Shown: positions 10,542-12,930 of the stretch, piece after piece
Position numbering within the stretch: position 1 is the stretch's first letter
Layout: every line of letters begins with the position of its first letter
NCBI GenBank assembly: GCA_044352465.1
Contig: JBILDU010000085.1
Span: 1-12,930, forward strand
Source: Bdellovibrionota bacterium
Lineage (GTDB): Bacteria > Bdellovibrionota_C > UBA2361
Direction: 5' to 3'
DNA length: 12,930 bases
Position numbers and translations under genes: made by a program
The notes under the pieces: generated by a model
The model's database searches: none
Seen by the model: the letters and a program-made list of their open reading frames with translations, nothing else
Told to the model about the DNA's origin: nothing

Positions 10542-10575
10542 CGCCCACTCGCTCGTCCCGCCCACTCGCTCGTCC
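10542..10575. repeat. Perfect 17-bp tandem duplication
   Basis: CGCCCACTCGCTCGTCC at 10542-10558 and 10559-10575, preceded by the variant TCCCACTCCCT. Confidence 0.9.
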
Positions 10576-10739
10576 GTCCCAACTTGTTAAGTTCCCGTGA
10601 CGACGATTAAAAGTCGGTCATTTCAGGTCAATCGCTGGGGCGATGGGCCAGAAGCCCCACTTCCTCGTCCGTCCCAACTTGTTAAGTTCCCGTGAAGATG
10701 ATTAAAAGTCCGTTATTTCAAATCAATCGCTGGGGCGAT
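10569..10739. repeat. Two 76-bp direct repeats with 95-bp period
   Basis: Copies at 10569-10644 and 10664-10739, 70 of 76 identical with the first 32 bp identical; internal palindromes AACTT-GTT-AAGTT and ATCGC-TGGG-GCGAT. Confidence 0.95.
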
Positions 10740-10888
10740 TGCCCCCAGAGGGCTTGTCAACTTCTCGGTCCTCTGTGGGCAACTGCAAGTTGCCTGTTGC
10801 TCTTATCGACTTAAATGTGCACGAACATAGATCGCAGGGAGGGATGCCCTCATAATCAATAGACCGGCTTTGTGGGAGGGCTTGAGAC

Positions 10889-11668
10889 ATGCGAGGAGTT
10901 CTTTACCTAGCGCTCTGGGCGCTCCTTGGTTCGCGTGCGGTTGTAGCAAGCGGGGAGAGCCGCTTTGATGGAGATGGATTAGTCGCGCTGGGACTTTTTC
11001 GTGGAGTAGTGGAGGAACATATCGCTGGAATTCGTCAGAGCTTACGGATAATTGCGAGCACTGAAGAGAGTAAATCCGCAGAAAAAGAGCGATTCAAGCC
11101 GCTGTTAATGAGGCTGGGCCAGGAGCTTTCGACCGACGCGACGGTTTGGTTTGCGTTACCCGATGGGAGTTATTTCTCGACTGAACGAGGCGACATGAGC
11201 ACTGAGAACCTTCGTGATCGTGAGTACTTCCCCCTACTCCTGCGTGGAGAGGAGGTTCTTGGAGCGCTCGTGGTGAGTAAGTCGACCGGGCATCGGTCCG
11301 TAGTCGTCGCGGTTCCGGTTGAGGTAGGCGGGGGGGTGATAGGAGCCGTGGGGGTATCATTACGGGTACGGTTACTATCAGGCTTAGTCGAACGTTTCGG
11401 TCGATTCAAGGACGGAGACTATTTTTACGCGCTTAACGGGGATAGTCGAATTGTGCTGCACCGGTGGGCCGAACGGATGTTTAAGACACCGAGCGATGTT
11501 GGGGATGAGGAATTGGGACGAAAGTTCAAGCAGGTCCTCGAGAGGCAGGATGGCGTCTTCGACTACACGTTAAATGGTCACGCGATCAATTCCATCTACT
11601 CGTACTCGCCGATGCTTGGTTGGCACTTTTTTCTCGCAAAAGAGAGCGCTGGTGCGTGCGTTCGGTAA
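10889..11668 (+). CDS. Stand-alone exported Cache-domain (dCache-like) protein
   Basis: GGAGG RBS, signal peptide, Cache-type segments LPDGSY, NLRDREYF, VVSKSTGHRSVVVAVPV, VIGAVGVSL, YFYALNGDSRIVLH, GWHF; no second TM helix or output domain. Confidence 0.8.
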   Translation: MRGVLYLALWALLGSRAVVASGESRFDGDGLVALGLFRGVVEEHIAGIRQSLRIIASTEESKSAEKERFKPLLMRLGQELSTDATVWFALPDGSYFSTERGDMSTENLRDREYFPLLLRGEEVLGALVVSKSTGHRSVVVAVPVEVGGGVIGAVGVSLRVRLLSGLVERFGRFKDGDYFYALNGDSRIVLHRWAERMFKTPSDVGDEELGRKFKQVLERQDGVFDYTLNGHAINSIYSYSPMLGWHFFLAKESAGACVR

Positions 11669-11673
11669 TACCC

Positions 11674-12288
11674 TCACAGAGCTGGTTTCCCCGGGGGAAT
11701 CTGAGGAGCGTCCGTGGCGTCATAAAATCCGGTGAAACGCCAATCTTTAAACTCCCCAATCGCAGTTTTAAAACGTGAGAAGCCAGCGTTCTCGTAAAAA
11801 CGCGGCGCTTTGGGATGATCCAGTCCACAGGTGCTGAGCCAAATCCGCTCGGTTCCAGCACTCCACATTAACTGAATCATATTATGAAGAAACTTTTTGC
11901 CGATGCCTTTATGAAGGAGGCTCGGAATGAGCCCAAAATGAACGAGCTCCAGACTTTTCGGATTCGTGGCATCGATCTCAGCCATTCCGACTGTAGTCGC
12001 TCCGTCTTTCAAGAGATACATCCACGTTGATGGACTATGGAGGATGGTCGCGATCTCTTCATGAGTCTGGCCGGGGCGGTAGTTCCAAAGATAGTCGCGA
12101 CCGACGGCGCGGTAAATGCTCAAATACTCCTCGACAGAGATTCCGACCATTCGAGCGAGAGAAAATGGCTCCAGGGAAAGTAGGGTTAGCTTGGGATCGA
12201 TGTTCATCTCAAGGTAGATCACCTCGCTTTTAATAATTGGAACGTTCTCCCACCGAGATCTGTTATCCGGCCCCGTCGATAACCCCAT
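11674..12288 (-). CDS. GNAT-family N-acetyltransferase
   Basis: VGMAEID, ELVHFGLIPSLLHKGIGKKFL (acetyl-CoA motif A), RIWLST, HPKAPRFYENAGF. Exact start uncertain. Confidence 0.88.
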   Translation of the reverse strand: MGLSTGPDNRSRWENVPIIKSEVIYLEMNIDPKLTLLSLEPFSLARMVGISVEEYLSIYRAVGRDYLWNYRPGQTHEEIATILHSPSTWMYLLKDGATTVGMAEIDATNPKSLELVHFGLIPSLLHKGIGKKFLHNMIQLMWSAGTERIWLSTCGLDHPKAPRFYENAGFSRFKTAIGEFKDWRFTGFYDATDAPQIPPGKPAL

Positions 12289-12350
12289 ATACGCATCTCC
12301 CGAACTACCCCTTGGCCCAGCGTAACAGCTTCTAAATTGCTAGTAATCCC

Positions 12351-12375
12351 CTTGTCCGTCCCAAGTATCTAAGTT
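12351..12375 (+). repeat. Third, partial copy of the repeat 5' motif upstream of the HUH transposase
   Basis: CTTGTCCGTCCCAAGTATCTAAGTT matches CTCGTCCGTCCCAACTTGTTAAGTT (10569, 10664) at 20 of 25 positions in the same orientation. Confidence 0.7.
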
Positions 12376-12483
12376 ATTGATCGGCAACGAGAAAGCGAAG
12401 AACTCCGGTGGAGGGGGAGTCCTCGAAGGGAAAAAAGAGGCTTAAATTTGCAACAGCTGCTCCGTGTTTCCGAGAACGGAATC

Positions 12484-12930
12484 ATGGGCAGACCAAGAAA
12501 ACAAATACTATCGAACGAAGTCTACGAGGTTTGTATGCGAACGGGGCATGGACTTCCGTTCGTGTGCACGCTGTATATGCAGCTTATTTTGGAGGGTATC
12601 GTTGCGCGAGTGCAGCGCGACCTCAAAGTGATAATCAATCACTTTGTCTGGATGGCGAACCACGCGCATATCATTGTGGAGGCGCGAGATGCACAGCAGT
12701 GCACGCGCTTTTATGGGGAGGTCCAGAAGCAGCTGACGGAAGCCGTGAAGCGATTACTGGGTCGGGAGCACTTGAGCCTTTGGCGTAGTAACGAGACCTC
12801 CGTAATGCACCTTGGCGATCGTGAGTCGGTGATGCGGCGGATAGCGTATCTTTACGCGAATCCCGCGCGAGCTGGGCTCGTCAACGCTATTGAGCAATAT
12901 CCAGGCGTGTCATCGTGGAGTGGATTTCAA
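12484..12930 (+). CDS. RAYT-like HUH/Y1 tyrosine transposase (IS200/IS605 superfamily), 3'-truncated by the window edge
   Basis: Manual translation, open to the end: MGRPRKQILSNEVYEVCMRT...HFVWMANHAHIIV...LWRSNE...IAYLYANPARAGLVNAIEQYPGVSSW. It has the M-x-N-H-x-H HUH motif, Y-xxx-NP-xx-AGL catalytic tyrosine motif and YPxxSS tail. Not in the ORF track. Confidence 0.9.
   Translation, partial: MGRPRKQILSNEVYEVCMRTGHGLPFVCTLYMQLILEGIVARVQRDLKVIINHFVWMANHAHIIVEARDAQQCTRFYGEVQKQLTEAVKRLLGREHLSLWRSNETSVMHLGDRESVMRRIAYLYANPARAGLVNAIEQYPGVSSWSGFQ

Noticed and set aside
10569..10739. CRISPR array
   Set aside because: Only two units, the 76-bp repeat is too long with a 19-bp spacer, and no cas genes are in the window.
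10569..10739. Repeat as duplicated coding sequence (four mismatches fall 3n apart)
   Set aside because: The frames that would make these third-position changes contain a TAA stop on both strands.
12408..12788. 126-aa ORF from the track
   Set aside because: Out-of-frame shadow of the HUH transposase starting at 12484, which carries the recognisable motifs.

Overview
Bacterial accessory/core mosaic. Left to right: an IS3-family element cut by the window edge (orfA tail, orfB, right IR), a decayed oppositely oriented IS3 left-end remnant, and a secreted YSC84/SYLF-type protein. Next is an isolated 3' half of a tRNA-Leu gene, probably an att scar marking the right boundary of an integrated island. 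It is followed by a secreted collagen-like protein (about 50 uninterrupted Gly-X-Y triplets), an exported hypothetical protein, katG with an upstream Fur-like box, and a convergent livH-livM-livG ABC cluster with no livF or binding protein in view. The right part holds a 76-bp direct repeat pair, a stand-alone Cache-domain protein, a GNAT acetyltransferase and a truncated RAYT-like HUH (Y1) transposase that the ORF track missed. The most notable signal is a GTCCGTCCCAA...TAAGTT motif at the start of both repeat copies and again just upstream of the HUH transposase, bracketing the Cache and GNAT genes. All calls come from reading the sequence by eye; no database searches were run.
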